A stretch of DNA of 64,000 nt from Octopus sinensis (GCF_006345805.1 NC_042999.1:116932001-116996000); one strand, 5' to 3'; counted from the stretch's first letter, positions 24,788 to 38,911 are shown. Notes: generated by a model not told the origin, from the sequence alone. A program made the numbers and translations.

Positions 24788-25183
24788 CAGTGATTCTCAT
24801 CTGGGGTCCACATGACCCCTGAAGGTCCATATATGATTTTTAGGGGTCCATGCAAGGAAAATAGACAATTGGAATCCATGGTTATAGTTCAAGGGTCAAT
24901 GAAAAAAAATTTTACTTCAGATGTATTTATTGCAAGAAACTGCTGTTTCTTTCTCTAATGTTTTACATTATTCAAATATGTTTCCACACTGAAACATACT
25001 CTCTCTGATAAAGCTAATGCAAACCTACACAAATGAATGGATGAAAAGCAAAAGAGGAATTTTGAAACAAGTGTCTGTAAAACTAGTTTTTAAACATTGA
25101 ATGGCTGTTGGGGTTCACCAGAATAAAATAGTACTCAAAGGGATTCATAAATAAAAAAAATAATAAATGGTTGAGAATCACTG
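24788..25183. mobile_element. hAT (Charlie-like) MITE with 8-bp TSD
   Basis: TIRs CAGTGATTCTCA / TGAGAATCACTG; perfect TSD CCTTAGAT (24780-87, 25184-91). Confidence 0.9.
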
Positions 25184-25916
25184 CCTTAGATAATATCAAC
25201 CCTGATCAAACAGACTTATATCAAAAGCATTCCAATAGTGACCATCTCATCTATCTCTATATAAGTTGTCTCTATATAAGTTTTTAAAGATGAATATTTA
25301 AAAGCTAAAAGTCAAATAAAAATTGAAAAATTTTTTGTTCACCTTGTTTAATTGCTTATGTTTAAGAAAGTGGTAAATTACATGTTTTTAAGACTCACAA
25401 GTATTAGTGAAGATTTTGCGATGCCTTAAATTATATTTTTTTTTATTTCAGGTGCAGTTGGATAGCCCCTAGGATAGGTAGGACTCCATAACCTAATAGT
25501 TCACAACTTCTGTTTTTACTTTTTATTCCATTATAGTATAGTGAAGTTTAAGGGAAATCTGGCTGCTGTTTTTAGCCTGCTGAGTAGTAGCATTGAATCT
25601 CCTAGATTGCTTAATGACTTTTGGTTGGGAAGAACATTCTCAACAATATTTGCAGTGCTGACCAGAAGTTCCTCTTTCAAGGAATTTGTATTTTTGTACT
25701 GCAGTTTTACTATGTCAAGCAGTGATTAAGTTTGTTGCTTTCTCAAGATGAATACCGCAGTTTAGAAGGCTTTCAATAGTATCATCATCATCGTCGTCAT
25801 CGTTTAACGTCTGCTTTCCATGCTAGTGCATTAGACTCTAGGAAGCTATTTATTACGTGCGCACACACACATGCACACACTGGGGATCTGAGAGATGAGA
25901 GTATGGCAAGCCTGAT

Positions 25917-25947
<31 letters not shown>

Positions 25948-26168
25948 GGAGGAGGAGGAGGAGGGCATAAGGTCTTAGTAAAAGTGATAAAAGAGGCAAG
26001 GTGTGGAAAGTTCACTTCTGCAACTTAGTGGGTTGTAGTTGTGTTAGTCAGTGAACCAGAGGCTTGCTGTGTTGTGTTTAAATTCTCTCCATGCAACAGA
26101 AAAGAAATGAGATACAGAATCCATGACCACATTTCAGAATGGAATAAGTCTGATTTTAGTGCCTAACC

Positions 26169-26890
26169 CAGTAGTTCTCAACTGGGATCCATATGGCCCC
26201 TGGTGGGAGGGGGGGGGCAGTGTGGCCCTTAGGGATCCATGTAAGATTTTCGTATTAAAATTTATATGCAATAAATTGGTTATATTTCTGCAATGCATAA
26301 AATATAAAAAATTTTTATGCAATTCCAAATAATAGGTGCAGGAGTGGCTGTGTGGTAAGTAGCTTGCTTACCAACCACATGGTCATGGGTTCAGTCCCAC
26401 TGCGTGGCACCTTGGGCAAGTGTCTTCTACTATAGCCTCGGGCCGACTAAAGCCTTGTAAGTGGATTTGGTTGACAGAAAGTGGAAGAAGCCCGTCATAT
26501 ATGTATGTGTGTGTGTGTGTGTGTGTGAGTGTGTGTGTGTGTGTATGTTTGTGTGTCTGTGTTTGTCCCCCCAACCACCCAACATCGCTTGAAAACCGAT
26601 GCTGGTGTGTTTATGTGCCCGTAAATTAGCAGTTCGGCAAAAGAGGCTGATTGAATAAGTACTAGGCTTACAAAGAATAAGCTCTGGGGTCGATTTGCTC
26701 AACTAAAGGCGGTGCTCCAGCATGGCCACAATCAAATGACTGAAACAAGTAAAAGAAAGAATAATATTTAATTATAAAAATACATTAGAACTTTTTTTTT
26801 TATATATTCATCAAATGGCTATGGAAGTTCAGTAGAGAATAATAGGAATCAAAGGGGTCCATAGGCGAAAAAAATGGTTAAGGACTACTC
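26169..26890. mobile_element. Same hAT MITE family, interrupted by SINE A
   Basis: CAGTAGTTCTCAAC start, AATGGTTAAGGACTACTC end, and internal similarity to the 24788 element. Confidence 0.65.
26334..26760 (+). mobile_element. SINE family A, young full-length copy
   Basis: GGTGCAGGAGTGGCTGTGTGGTAAG...GGGTTCAGTCCC...ACCTTGGGCAAG...(TG)n...GAAACAAGTAAAAG; many CpGs retained. Confidence 0.9.
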
Positions 26891-27122
26891 GTCTGATCTA
26901 TTCAGAAAGGAGTAATGTGTGAGTGAAAGATGGGATAGTCACATTTGGAACTCTGTTGATCATAGGTTTCCTTGGTCAGGGTTAATTTGTTGCTAAACAG
27001 CAAATAATAAAAGATGGGGAAAAACAAAACAAAGTGTATCAGTAGAAACAATATCCAGAGCCAAAATAGTAACAAAAGTTAATACAGAAAGGAAAAAATG
27101 GCAATGGCCTAAACAGCAATTA

Positions 27123-27126
27123 TAGC

Positions 27127-27157
<31 letters not shown>

Positions 27158-27162
27158 ACAGC

Positions 27163-27238
<76 letters not shown>

Positions 27239-27278
27239 ATAATAATAATAATAATATAATAATAATAATAATAATAAT

Positions 27279-27310
<32 letters not shown>
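27123..27310. repeat. Compound trinucleotide microsatellite (CAG)(CAA)(CTA)(TAA)
   Basis: Directly visible consecutive tracts. Confidence 0.95.
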
Positions 27311-27311
<1 letters not shown>

Positions 27312-30300
27312 GCTGAAAGAAGAGTAGTAACAGCAGAAGCTATAAGAGACACTAAAACAGTAACAGTAGCAGTAGCAGCAGCAATAGCAGCAGCAGCTGT
27401 TGTAGCTGTAGTAGTTCTAACAAGTATTAGCAGATATGACTGTTGTACCAACATCAGTAGTCATTGTAGTAGTAGTAGTAGTAGAAGTAGCAGTAGCACT
27501 AGTTTTAAGTGCAGCAACAGGAATACCAGTGAGGAGCCTTTAAATGGTCATGCAACCTATTAGAAATAGCTGTCAAATCATTTTTAAATCACACTCTACA
27601 GTGTTATGTAAAGAAGGCTACATTCAGCAATGGACTCATTGATATACAAAAAATGTGATGATCACCGATGGAATATCTTTGATCATAGGTCAACTGAATC
27701 AGAGATGAACGGGGACTAAACAACGATAAAAATAGTGGCTACTCGTATTGCTGTTTGTTTAACTCCAGATCTCTCAGCTACTGACGTCGGTCTTTATTTT
27801 TACCTCCAAACAGCACCAGATGGAAGGAGGAAAGTACAGCCAAAGAACAAAGAAGTGTTGGATTAACTTGTGTTGTTTAGGTCAAAACTGATAGCCAACT
27901 GAAGTATAAAAATAGCAGAGCTATACTAACCGCAATCTACAGTGTTAATGGGCTTTCTTCAGTTGTGTATGTACATAAATTTATGTGCAATAACTGGGCT
28001 TAAGATGATCCTTTCGGGCTTGTTGAGAACATGACAATCTCCCTAGTGCTGGTGTTTCAATGAAGTGCACTCAGTACACTCTATAAGGTGGTTGGTGATA
28101 GGAAGGACATCCAGCTGAAGAAACCAAGCCAAAAATGAAATACATGAGCAAGATGTGGGCCCCTGGGCTCATCTAAGACAGTAGTAGCAACCAATTAGAA
28201 TTGACTCAGATGATGATGACTCATCAAACCCTTGCCGAAATGGGAAAATGGATATAAAGCAATGATGAAGGTGATGATGATGGTGGTGGTGGTGGTGGAT
28301 GAGGAGGAGGAGTATGATGGAGAATTGGCATGGGTGTTACAGTATCAAATAAAATACCTAGCAGTATTCATTTCAGTTCTTTAGATACTCTGAGTTCAAA
28401 TCTTGTTAAGGGCAACTTTAGCTTTTATTTTTCAGGGTCAATAAATGAAGCACCCATCTAGGTGGCTATATTAGTAGGACATGGTGACTTGTGGTATGTT
28501 TCAGCCCTTTGTGTTCTAAGTTCAAACTTCACTGATGGTTAGAGCTAATAGCCTGAAAATAGCAGCATCCCTGCCTAACTGCAATTAGCCTACAACCAGC
28601 ATAGATGGCATGCTAAGGCTTTCATCCAACAACAACTCAACAATGGAAGTGTATGTGTATGAATTTGTGTACATATGTGTATGTGTGTATATGAATTTGT
28701 GTGTGTATATCACTGCTATTATGCATAAGTGTCATAAGTTCAAAACTTTGCTTTATCAGAAAACAAAAACACAAAAAAAATGTCTCCATTCTATAGCAAA
28801 ACCGTTGTACTACACTTTGACAATTTTTGATAGCTTAGCATCTGCAGCAGCTGGAGATATGATCATTTGACCAAAAGAACTGGCTCTTGGAAGCAAAGAT
28901 AAATATTGAAAAAAATGTATTTGGCCAAATTTGGACATATAACAGTTTAACATAATAGCAACGATATGTATGTGTGCATATGTGTATGTGTGTATATGAA
29001 TTGGTGTGCACATGTGTTTGTGTGCATATGACTTTGTGTGTATAGGTGTACATGGAATTTGTATTGCTATGAGTGTGCAGTTGAGAAATTCAATTTTCAA
29101 TCACATGGTTTCAGATTCAGTCCCACCTTAAGAAAATGTCTTCTACCAAAACCTTGTGAGTGGATTTGGTAGACAGAAACCGAAAGAATTGCATCATATA
29201 TGTGTGTATGTGATTGTGTTTTTTTTTGTCTTGGCATTGCATAAATAGTTGTTAGTGAACAGTGTTGTCCTTCATTTCCAATTTTTGTAAGAAAAGATTT
29301 CTTTGGGTAAATATTACCTTGCTTGGAAACAAGTGAAAGTTTGTAATAGGAAGGACATATGGTCATAGAAAATTTTCCCCAATGAATTCTATCTGACCCA
29401 TACAGGCATGGAAAAGTAGACATTGAAATGACGAAGATGATGATGATGTGGACATGTACATGAATTTATATGTATGTTTGTATACTGTTAAGATACAGAC
29501 ATCTGCCTTGCACTGTGCTACTCTTCTATGTATCCCTCTACTCTTGTGTGGCTACACCATATTGCACCACATTGAATTGAGCCCTGTAATACTTTTTGCT
29601 CTCCATCTATGTTGTAGAACAATATTAATGGCTAAGTTATCATTGTTGTCAGCTCAGCCCTGATAAAGAAGACTTACAATCAAAGGTGTTGAACAACAGC
29701 AGTTAGGTTGAATAGACTGTTGAGATTTATGTGTCATGGCCATCAACTCATTAGAGTGCTGGTAAAAGTATATGAACTACTGACCTCTCTGTGGGTTATC
29801 TCCTAACTTATGCAACTGGCCATTCTGTCAGATAGGATCAACAGTGATCTGCTATTGGTAATCATGTAAGCCTACACTACCTATTTCTTTGTTGGACCAT
29901 TAGCAACAAAACTGGGAATGTCATTCTAAGGTCTAACCCTAGTGTTTGAAAGGTGAATGAACACTCTGACAGGAAAAAAAATAATTACTGTAGATGACCT
30001 CAACATAGAGTCAGTAGTCATCCATCAAACTTTTTAATGGAGCAAGGTTCCATTAAAGCTTTTAAGTCTTGAATGCCAGCCACAAACATATTGGCCTAGC
30101 TCTTCTTCTAACTCAAAGAAATTAAAGAAAGAGAAACCTTTTGGTAGCTGTGAGGATCACCTAAGGTAGCTTGAACTAATGCTAGCTTAATATATTTGTT
30201 TTCTGTCACCTTATTGGAGTTACAGATACATTCCATTCCATCCAATTGGCCATCTATGTCATGTTTTCTTAGAAATAATCCTTTTTATTAAAAGTACAAG

Positions 30301-32504
30301 GCCTGAGATTAGGTGGGAGGCAACTAGTCGGTTACTTCAACCCCAGTGTTTCACTAGTACTTAAGTTTATCAATCCCGAAAGGATGAAAGGCAAAATCAA
30401 CCTTGGTGGAATTTGGACTCAGAATGTAAAAATGGATGAAATGCCACTAAGCATTTTGTCTGGCATGCTTATGATTCTTCCAGCTTGCCACCTTGGTTTG
30501 TTAGAAATAATAACAAATATTTACCTTATATCACACCCTAATATTTAAAAAGAAAATGCAGTCACATTGAATAATACACAATGAATAAAATTTGGGAACA
30601 CCATTGATTATAGGTGTGCTAGATCAAAATTAACCTGGGGAATAAACAACATCAAGATTGGTTGGTCCCATATAGTTGTTGTAGTTAAAGAAAAGGAGAC
30701 AGTTCATAGAGGTTTTTGTGAAATTCACACATCTAAATTTAACACTTCCAAATCAGCCATACTTAAATGCTCATACCTCTGAGATGTAGGAGTGTGCTAG
30801 ATGAGTGTTGCCCTTCCTTAAAGGTGCTAAATTTTCTAAATAATAATTCCGTTCTTGCAGTATCACGATATAAACTGACTGTAATTTGTTTTCATATGTA
30901 ACAATATACATTCAGACACGGATTCAGTCAGACTGAAGTCATGTTATGACTAGAAATAACTTTTAAAAAGTTTGTATATCTATTTTTGAGTAATTACTTA
31001 AGCCAGAGCGGTAAGTTCAGCAAGGAAGTACTCTCTGACAATAACAATCATATGCTCCTGCTGGGACAGTGCAGCTGTCACACACACACACATGCACACA
31101 TAAATGCACACACATGCATGTATGCAAGCAGGCATACATGCACATATGCTTACCCCTCCCAATTCCTCTCTCACCACTGCCACCACCAAACACACACCAT
31201 GCATTCACTGCTAATTGCCTGATAGGCAACCCTCTATTATCATTAAACATTCTAGTAGAAAGTATTCTCTCCTCTCTATTTCTTCTATACAAGTGAAACA
31301 GACTCTTGTGCTTTCTGAACTTGTTGACTCTCTGCCACCACACTTTACTAGTCTTTCACTTGATGGAATACACCTGCCTCTCTTCTTGTCATTACTTTTA
31401 CAGAACAGCTGACAATTGCTTTTATCCCTACCAAACCCCCTTCCCCATCCTACCATAGTAAAACATGATTTACAACCCATTTTTTCTCCACAGGGGAGCT
31501 TTATCTGAACCCCACTGTCCTATTTATATTTCCCTATTTCACTCTTCCAACTCCTCCTATGAAGTGAGGTGGACCTAAAAGAAAAAAAAAACCAATGGGA
31601 TTTCTACCTGTTATCATCTAAGGTTTTTATATAAAACATAGGTATAAGAGTTTATGATAAAGCCTCCATATAATCACTTACATTACTAAAAAGAGTAGCT
31701 AAATCTCCATCATACCACTCCCTACTTACTATCCTATAAATTGGAATTACTTATGCATTACAATATCTAGTTCTACATACATCACTATGCCTTGAAAAAA
31801 TATATAAACAGTTGTGATTATGGCTGGAATACCTTTGATCATAGTGCTGTCTGTTCAATCAGTTTTGACCTTGGGCTAATCGACATGTGTGCGTGTGTAT
31901 GGGTGTGTGTGTGTGTGTGTGTGTGTGTATCTGTGTGTGTGTGTGGGTGTGTCTGTGTGTGTGTGCATGATAGAATTAAAAGCCTGCTTTAGTAAAGAAA
32001 AGAATATTGCCAAAGTAGAGGGTAGCAGCTGTACAAAATAGAGAAACAGGAATAATAAAAGAGAGAATGGAAAGATATGAAAAAAAAATTAATAAAAATG
32101 AATGAAAGACAGAATGATGAAAGAAGGAAAGAGAAGCTCCAATCCATTAGACTGAGTTGTTCTTTGTTAGATAAATACAATAACAGAAGCAATAGGATGA
32201 ATATTGGACACTTCATAGAGCATACTGGCTCCTAACAAACAGACTTATGCACACATCTTCATACACATACACACAGACACAAACACACATGAATACATAT
32301 CCACAAATATACACATGCATAAATGCATACACATACAGGAACAAATATATTAATCCCCACACACATAAATACTTGTATACACACTCTTAAACACATACAT
32401 ACTCATACACAAGAATGCAGTTACATATACACATTAACATATATATGTGCATGTATATATATGTGTATATATATATTATATATATATATATATATATTGT
32501 ATAT

Positions 32505-32547
<43 letters not shown>

Positions 32548-33429
32548 TGTCTCTGTGTGTGTATGTATGTGTGTACTGTCAAATTCTAGTTGCCCTGGGC
32601 AACACAGATCAATCATTACAACAAAGTGAATGTTGAAGGTGATTGCTATTGAAAATGACTATTATTAATATTGATAAAAGAAAAATATACTTTTTGATAA
32701 CTGAAACGTTATATATTCTTGAGATTGCGAAAACATAAACTGTGCATTTTGTATCCAGTTTACTACCCCTCTTTCTTGAATCGGGGTTGAAGGAAGTGGC
32801 TGCAGGTCACATTGCTGTGCCTTACCCTTGTGCCCTCCCCACTGCAACTACAGTATAATTTATAATTATTTTTTACATTGGCACAAAGATTCAAATTTGT
32901 AGGTGGAGTATATATTTAATTACCATATATATCAGCATACAAGATGACCTTTAATAATATGTCCGACATTCACACTTAGCCAACAAAACAAAAAAAAAAA
33001 AGGGGGCATCATCATTGTTATCAGTCTTCCAAACCCAGGCAGGAAACATTGTTTTGACTAGTTTTTCAAATTATTGTTACTATCTGTTGGTCATAGCTTT
33101 TCATGAAAGTGTCACAATTTTACAGTGAAAGGCTGGAATTTAAATTCACAATGTACAGAGCTGGATTTTATACAAGACATCCCATCCAATGCATTTACAA
33201 TTCTACCTATCCACTGTCCTGGAATGGTCCCTTTTTTAGTGACCCCAGAAGGATGAAAGGCAAAGTCGACCCTGATATTACGAGGCATTTTATCCACATT
33301 TAACTCTTTACCATTCAGAATACTCTGTCACACGTAATGTTCATTTATTCATATCATTTTGAATTAATCATACATTATCTCATAACTTCAAGATTCTGAT
33401 GATGTGATGGCTATTTTTAAATATATATA

Positions 33430-34152
33430 ATGAAATTATTGTATACAGTACTCAGGTGCACCACAACTTGTCAGAAAGTGCATATAAAGTACATGCAGTA
33501 ATGTAAAAATGTCTGGAAAGCGAACAATGTATGAGTCAGATACATGCCTGTGTGTGTATGGAGGGGAGAAAATCAGGTGTAGTGTTGGCGAATCTCAGAA
33601 AGCATGGAAGTTTTGAAGGATGCAGTGCTCCGACAACTAACAACTGATGCCGATAGTTTGTTCCATGCTTCAGTAACTCACAGCATGAAAAAATGTTTCC
33701 TGAAGTCATGGGAGCTGTGCTGTTTTCTGACTTTGTAAATATGTCCACGGGTGTTAGATAGGTGGAGTTTGAAAAGGTGCTCAGAGCTATTGTTTGTACG
33801 ATGGTTGATAATTTTATGGGTGTCTGCCAAGTCAGCTGTCAGACGTCGGAGTTTCAATGTGTCCATGCCCAGGGAAGTAAGGCATTCAGGATATGGCAAA
33901 TGCCTGATGGAGGGTATTCTTTTGGTTGCATGTCGCTGAACAGCTTCCAGACGATTGATATCCTGAGCAAGATAGGGGTTCCAGACCGGTGATGCAAATT
34001 CCAGGTGAGGTCTTACCATAACTATATAAAGCCGCAGATAGATAGCCGGAGAGCGGCTCACAAAGGATTTGGTGAGTGATGCCAAGACACCCTCAACCTT
34101 CTTGACAATTTTAGCGATGTGTTTTGTCCAACGCAAATCACTGTCGATACCT
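33430..34152 (-). mobile_element. 5'-truncated CR1-clade LINE (RT C-terminus and 3' UTR)
   Basis: ORF 33678-34343 contains DLRWTKHI, LYIVMVRPHLEFASPVWNPY, LEAVQRHATK, TRGH and RKHFF, followed by WNKL; hallmark CR1 ORF2 C-terminus. Confidence 0.9.
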
Positions 34153-34806
34153 GAAAAGTCTGTCTTAGATAAAACATATTTGGGATAGAAAATTCTAGAG
34201 AGCTGTAACTCTAGGAAGGAAATATTAAGGAAAATGCTTAGTGCAGTATTTGAGAAGTGAGTGCCTGTAGGTGTGTTGAAAGAAGGTGGGATGAGTGGAA
34301 AAGTATCAGATTTGCTATTGGCGTATAAATTGCTGTCAGGCATCTAGTAAAAAAAATAACAACTAAATTCATACATTACTTGGATTTCATTTGCTTTTTA
34401 TCCTTCAAGTGTTGGCCAAAGTGATATGCCAATAAATATGAGTTAATCTTATTCAGTGTATATTCATTCTTCAACAAAATTTGGTCTTAGGTCTCATGAA
34501 AAATCCATTATTATTAACCCATTATTATTAATATGACTTTTTTTTTCATCTTCTTGTATAAAATTAGTTTTTCTAATTATTAACTTCATCTGAAGAAAGG
34601 AAAGATTTTTCAGCATTTACAGTTACACTGCATTTAAGTAGGTTTCATCTCTGAGCTTATAGGTGAGGCTGGATTCAAACTGGGCTCCTAGTGTTGATGG
34701 TCTTTGTATCCATAAGCCCACTGATACACACACACACACACGCACACATATATAAGATAAAACTTACTTGGAAATGGATGCGTGGCATTCGATCATATAG
34801 TAATAT

Positions 34807-34846
<40 letters not shown>

Positions 34847-35509
34847 TATATACATAGATATATGTACATGCCTACATATATATGTATATATACATGCATA
34901 TATGGGTACAGGATATCAAAAAACGTGAACATAAGAAACAAAAACATGGAAAAAGAATTTTTTTGAATAACAAAAGAAACAAATAGAGAAACGAGACAGG
35001 CAACATAAAGAACATTCCCTTCATCAGTTGTTCCCTGTTCTATCTACTCCGTGTTTCGAATGTAGGAACAAGACACAACTTCATTAAAACAGTCATTCCT
35101 GCAAAGCAAATTTTAAAAAATTTGGGATTTGCAGAGGGTTAAAGTGGTGACAAAAACAGGACAGTGACAACAAAACAGTAAAAACAAATGGTAAGCTTTG
35201 TTAAGCCATAATGAATGCTGGAGAAACGAACTTTGAGAAGAGACAGGCAAAAGCACATCTTGTCTTTAGGAAGGATGTGGAAGAAAGAAAGATTGATAGC
35301 CATTGATCACATGTGAGCAATGAGAGAGTCAAGGAGAAAGAGTGAGGGAGATAGAGATTAGAGAAATGGTGGGAGAGAAAAACAGAAAAGAAGAGGAGCA
35401 AGAGAGGGAGATAGAATAGAGGTAGGTTGTAGAGTACACATCAGAATTATTAAGATAAAACTTACTTGGAAATAGATGCATGGTGTTCGATCATATAATA
35501 ATATAAATA

Positions 35510-35556
<47 letters not shown>

Positions 35557-35756
35557 TATGAAATAGAAAGATGAATAATCTTGTAGTAGATTAATCAAAA
35601 GTTTAACCGATACCTTAGTAGCAAAAATCACAGCAGTAAACAGCACGGTTGGAGATACAACCATATGGTGTTGCACCGTGCTTTGGTGCGGATATTGAAA
35701 TTAAAACGTTATTGGTGATTGAAGAAATGGAGCTGAACACAGATTGAACCGATCTT

Positions 35757-35847
35757 TATTTCATTCTACACGTGTTTCGAAAGGCACAAATACCAAAATC
35801 CGATTGAAAATGGGACCATATTGTGTCTTTCTCTTCAGAAGAAAATA
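35757..35847 (-). ncRNA. Hammerhead ribozyme motif (family B) in the 3' pLTR
   Basis: Minus strand CTGAAGA-GAAAGACACAA...TTGTGCCTTTC-GAAAC-ACGT-GTA-GAATGAAATA. Confidence 0.8.
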
Positions 35848-36413
35848 GGAAATCCGTTGGAAAAACAAAAACAGAACAGAGGGAGCAAAAACAAATCGAA
35901 CTATGCTCCTAAGAGCCCATGGCGAAACTGTTTATCAGTGTATGTTGAGACCGGTGGCTGAAGATTTTAACGGTCAGCATCGGTCAATCATGTGGGTGAG
36001 GGTGTGTGGGTGTTCTTTGTGACCGAGAATAAAGTTCTGACTATTTAAGGATATTGGATGGTTATAAGGGGCGAGAAAAAATCTACTTAGAGACGTGTGT
36101 GTATACTGTTCTATATATGTGGTGTTGCGTAGGGGTAGAAACATTTTTTGTGTACGTGTGTGCGTTTGATTGTTCGGCTGTCAGTGGCTACTGCCGCGAG
36201 AACCGTTGGGTGGCAGAAAAAAAATATTATATATATTTTTATGTGTGTGTGTGTTCATCTAAGCCGCCTTGTCAAGGAAACCCGCTGTGAAAAAACCAAG
36301 CCCCGTTTGTCTAACAGGAGTAATTCCCCTTGCAGTGGTTAATCGTAGATATCTTAAAGGCTATTTCAGAATTTGTTACCAAGGGCTATGGGTGCCGGTA
36401 TTATTTATAAACG

Positions 36414-37720
36414 CTATTTAAAAGCCAGATAAGTGTAACGCCGCCAATGGGGGCATCGAAAAGCCGACTGTAAAAGCCCGTTTACCATCCGGCCTCTGGC
36501 AAACAAAATATGGAAGAGTTCGGAGACACAAAGGTTGCACTGCCTTCTGCCCCTATCAAATGGGAGGGCCACCGACAAATTGACCTCCAGCCTGTAGCTT
36601 AAGTTCGTACCTTCAGTCGCCATATTAGTTACTGAGTCCCGGGGTCTGGCGCGGTTCATGTCCCGAAAAGTGCGTAATGGGGAGACACGCAAAGACATCT
36701 TGAGGATGAGGCCCCTACATAAGTGAAGACATCTGAGTCCGTGTTGTAAACCTTGCATTGGTAGACGGCGTTTTTGATCTTGGAGTTCGCCGACGTGAAT
36801 CTTATTCTGCTAGGATTAGTTTTGAAATAGAACTGCGTTCCTGTCACTATATTCGTTCAGAGACCTGCAGCCGCTACTACTCTATTTTCCACTACGTCAC
36901 TATTAACTATAGGAATAACCCCTGATTCTCCACTATCTATCAGGGTGTTGTCATTGCTACTGCCCGTGGTGCTGCTATTGCGGGAATATGCTGGGGATGC
37001 TATTGGGGCTCTCTACCCTACTCCCATTGGTACCGCTCACCACAACACCCCTATTTATAACTATACCCCTAGTGGGTACTCCCTGGCTGGAGCTGAGATT
37101 ATGTGTCACTGTACTGGCTCTCATATCATTATTACTACTATAATTATTCCTACTGAGCATTAAACCGGGAGCGGAAGAGGCTTGTGCCTCGGAAAAAAGG
37201 TGATAGGTCTTAGTAAGTAGCCTATTATTATGGGAGGCGATTATCTGGGCGAGGTTTTTAGTGTTGGAGAAAGCTATCCTAACTTTATGCGAGTTAACCG
37301 TGGAGTAATATTTGGAATTTCTGGGGAATTTGGCGATGGCTTGTCTAAACATGGGGGAGGTTAGTTCTAATCTGCCTACCAAAGGGGATTACAACCAATA
37401 TGCTTATCCTATCAGTGTGATGGGTGGGACGCCAGCTCTCGCGTTCGGGTGGGTGATTCTCGGATGAATAACGGGTCTTGGTTAGTGTAAGACCTCCGGA
37501 CCCGATAATTATCCTGTTCGCTAAATTAAATGCGGGAGCGACTACCCCGGCATCGCCGCGCTCCCGTCCTTACTTAAAATGTTAATGTTATAATACGGCC
37601 CTATCCTGATGACCGAATGATGGCATCGGAAGGGCCGGATCAATATAAATTACCTTCTGCCTATAACCGGCCTTGGATAGTGCGGCGTTATAAAATTCCG
37701 CTTTCTGCATAAAAATATCG
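36414..37720 (-). pseudogene. Penelope RT C-terminus + GIY-YIG endonuclease, frameshifted
   Basis: DIFMQKAEFYNAALSKAGY; FPRNSKYYSTVNSHKVRIAFSNTKNLAQIIASHNNRLL; NAVYQC...TYVG (GIY-YIG); CNLCVSE...RCPH C-terminus. Confidence 0.85.
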
Positions 37721-37738
37721 GCTTTCCAACGGATTTCC

Positions 37739-37832
37739 TATTTTCTTCCTGAAGAGAAAGACACAATATGGTCCCATTATTCAAAAGGATTTTGGTAATT
37801 TGTGCCTTTCGAAACACGTGTAGAATGAAATA
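37739..37832 (+). ncRNA. Hammerhead ribozyme motif (family B) in the inverted pLTR
   Basis: Stem I TATTTTCTTC/GAATGAAATA; CTGAAGA 37749-55; long stem II GAAAGACACAA/TTGTGCCTTTC; GAAAC 37811-15; palindromic ACACGTGT stem III; GUA cleavage triplet ending at 37822. Confidence 0.85.
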
Positions 37833-38509
37833 AAACGATTTCTGTTCAATCTGCGTTCAGCTCCATTTCTTCAATTCACCAATAATGTTTTATATATATA
37901 TATATATATACATATATGCATACATATATGTACATACCTACATATATACGCTTACCAACTGAACTAGCAGTATGCATTTGTGTGTTTATTTGTGTCAGCA
38001 ACTCTCCATCCATTAGGATGGGAATTAATTTTTGTCAACTTTTGCCCTGAAGAGATTTTTACCTTTTAAATGCATAATGCAATCTTAATTGAAAAATATG
38101 GATGAAGGTAAGAAATTGAAACATACATAGGCAATATGAAATTGACTATTATATGAATAAATTGATTTTTTTCTGTGTTCAAACTCTCCATTTTCCTTAT
38201 ATTATATTATTAAAATTTTGTTCTATATCGAATGGATGCAAACATCTATAACGACTACTGGAACTTCATAAGTGTTAACACTAATACTAACACAAATTAA
38301 TGAATTCCAAGTATATTAATCGATATGGAGCTCAATGGTATATGCTTGGATAGAACCATCCTGTGAAAGAGCAACCTCTTTCCATATATATATAATATAT
38401 ATATATATATAATATATCTATATATATATTACACATATATATATATATATATTTATTATATATATATATATATATACATACATACATATATAATTATATT
38501 ATATTTTTA

Positions 38510-38702
38510 TATAGTCAATTCAATGAACAAGCAATACAATAAATGTAAAAAGAAAAACACGAGTGTGAGGACATGCACAGGAATTATATTAATTTGATGC
38601 TCAGTGAAAGGAGAGAGTTTTTAACATTTCAAGTATAGCTCTTTGTTGGAAAGAGAAAGGGAGAGGTCCAAAGAAGGAGAAGGAAAATCGCCAAGGCCCA
38701 CA
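38510..38702 (-). mobile_element. Diverged copy of the pLTR-like repeat at 42435-42642
   Basis: Reverse-complement similarity (TTGGCGATTTT, GAGCAT, GTCCTCAC); hammerhead core decayed. Confidence 0.6.
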
Positions 38703-38727
38703 TTTTTTTCTGAAATTATATATATAT

Positions 38728-38911
38728 CATCATCATCATTTAATATTTATTGTCCATGCTGGCATGGGTTGGATGGTTTGATAGGAGCTGACCAGACAGG
38801 AGCCTGTGCGATGCTTCTGTGTCTGTTTTGGCATGGTTTTTATGGCTGGATACCCTTTCTAACACCAACCACTCTGTAGAGTGGGCTGAATGCTTTTTAT
38901 ATTATATATAT

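Larger units (their letters stand above)
35560..37892 (-). mobile_element. 5'-truncated Penelope-like retroelement with inverted pseudo-LTRs
   Basis: Inverted repeats 35702-35863 / 37723-37892, each with a hammerhead motif; RT C-terminus and GIY-YIG remnants lie between them. Confidence 0.9.

Noticed and set aside
27804-27898. Candidate minus-strand exon with acceptor and donor
   Set aside because: Stops in all three frames; no supporting evidence.
29680-30270. Possible very old CR1-like LINE remnant (minus)
   Set aside because: Only faint motif resemblance; too decayed to call by eye.
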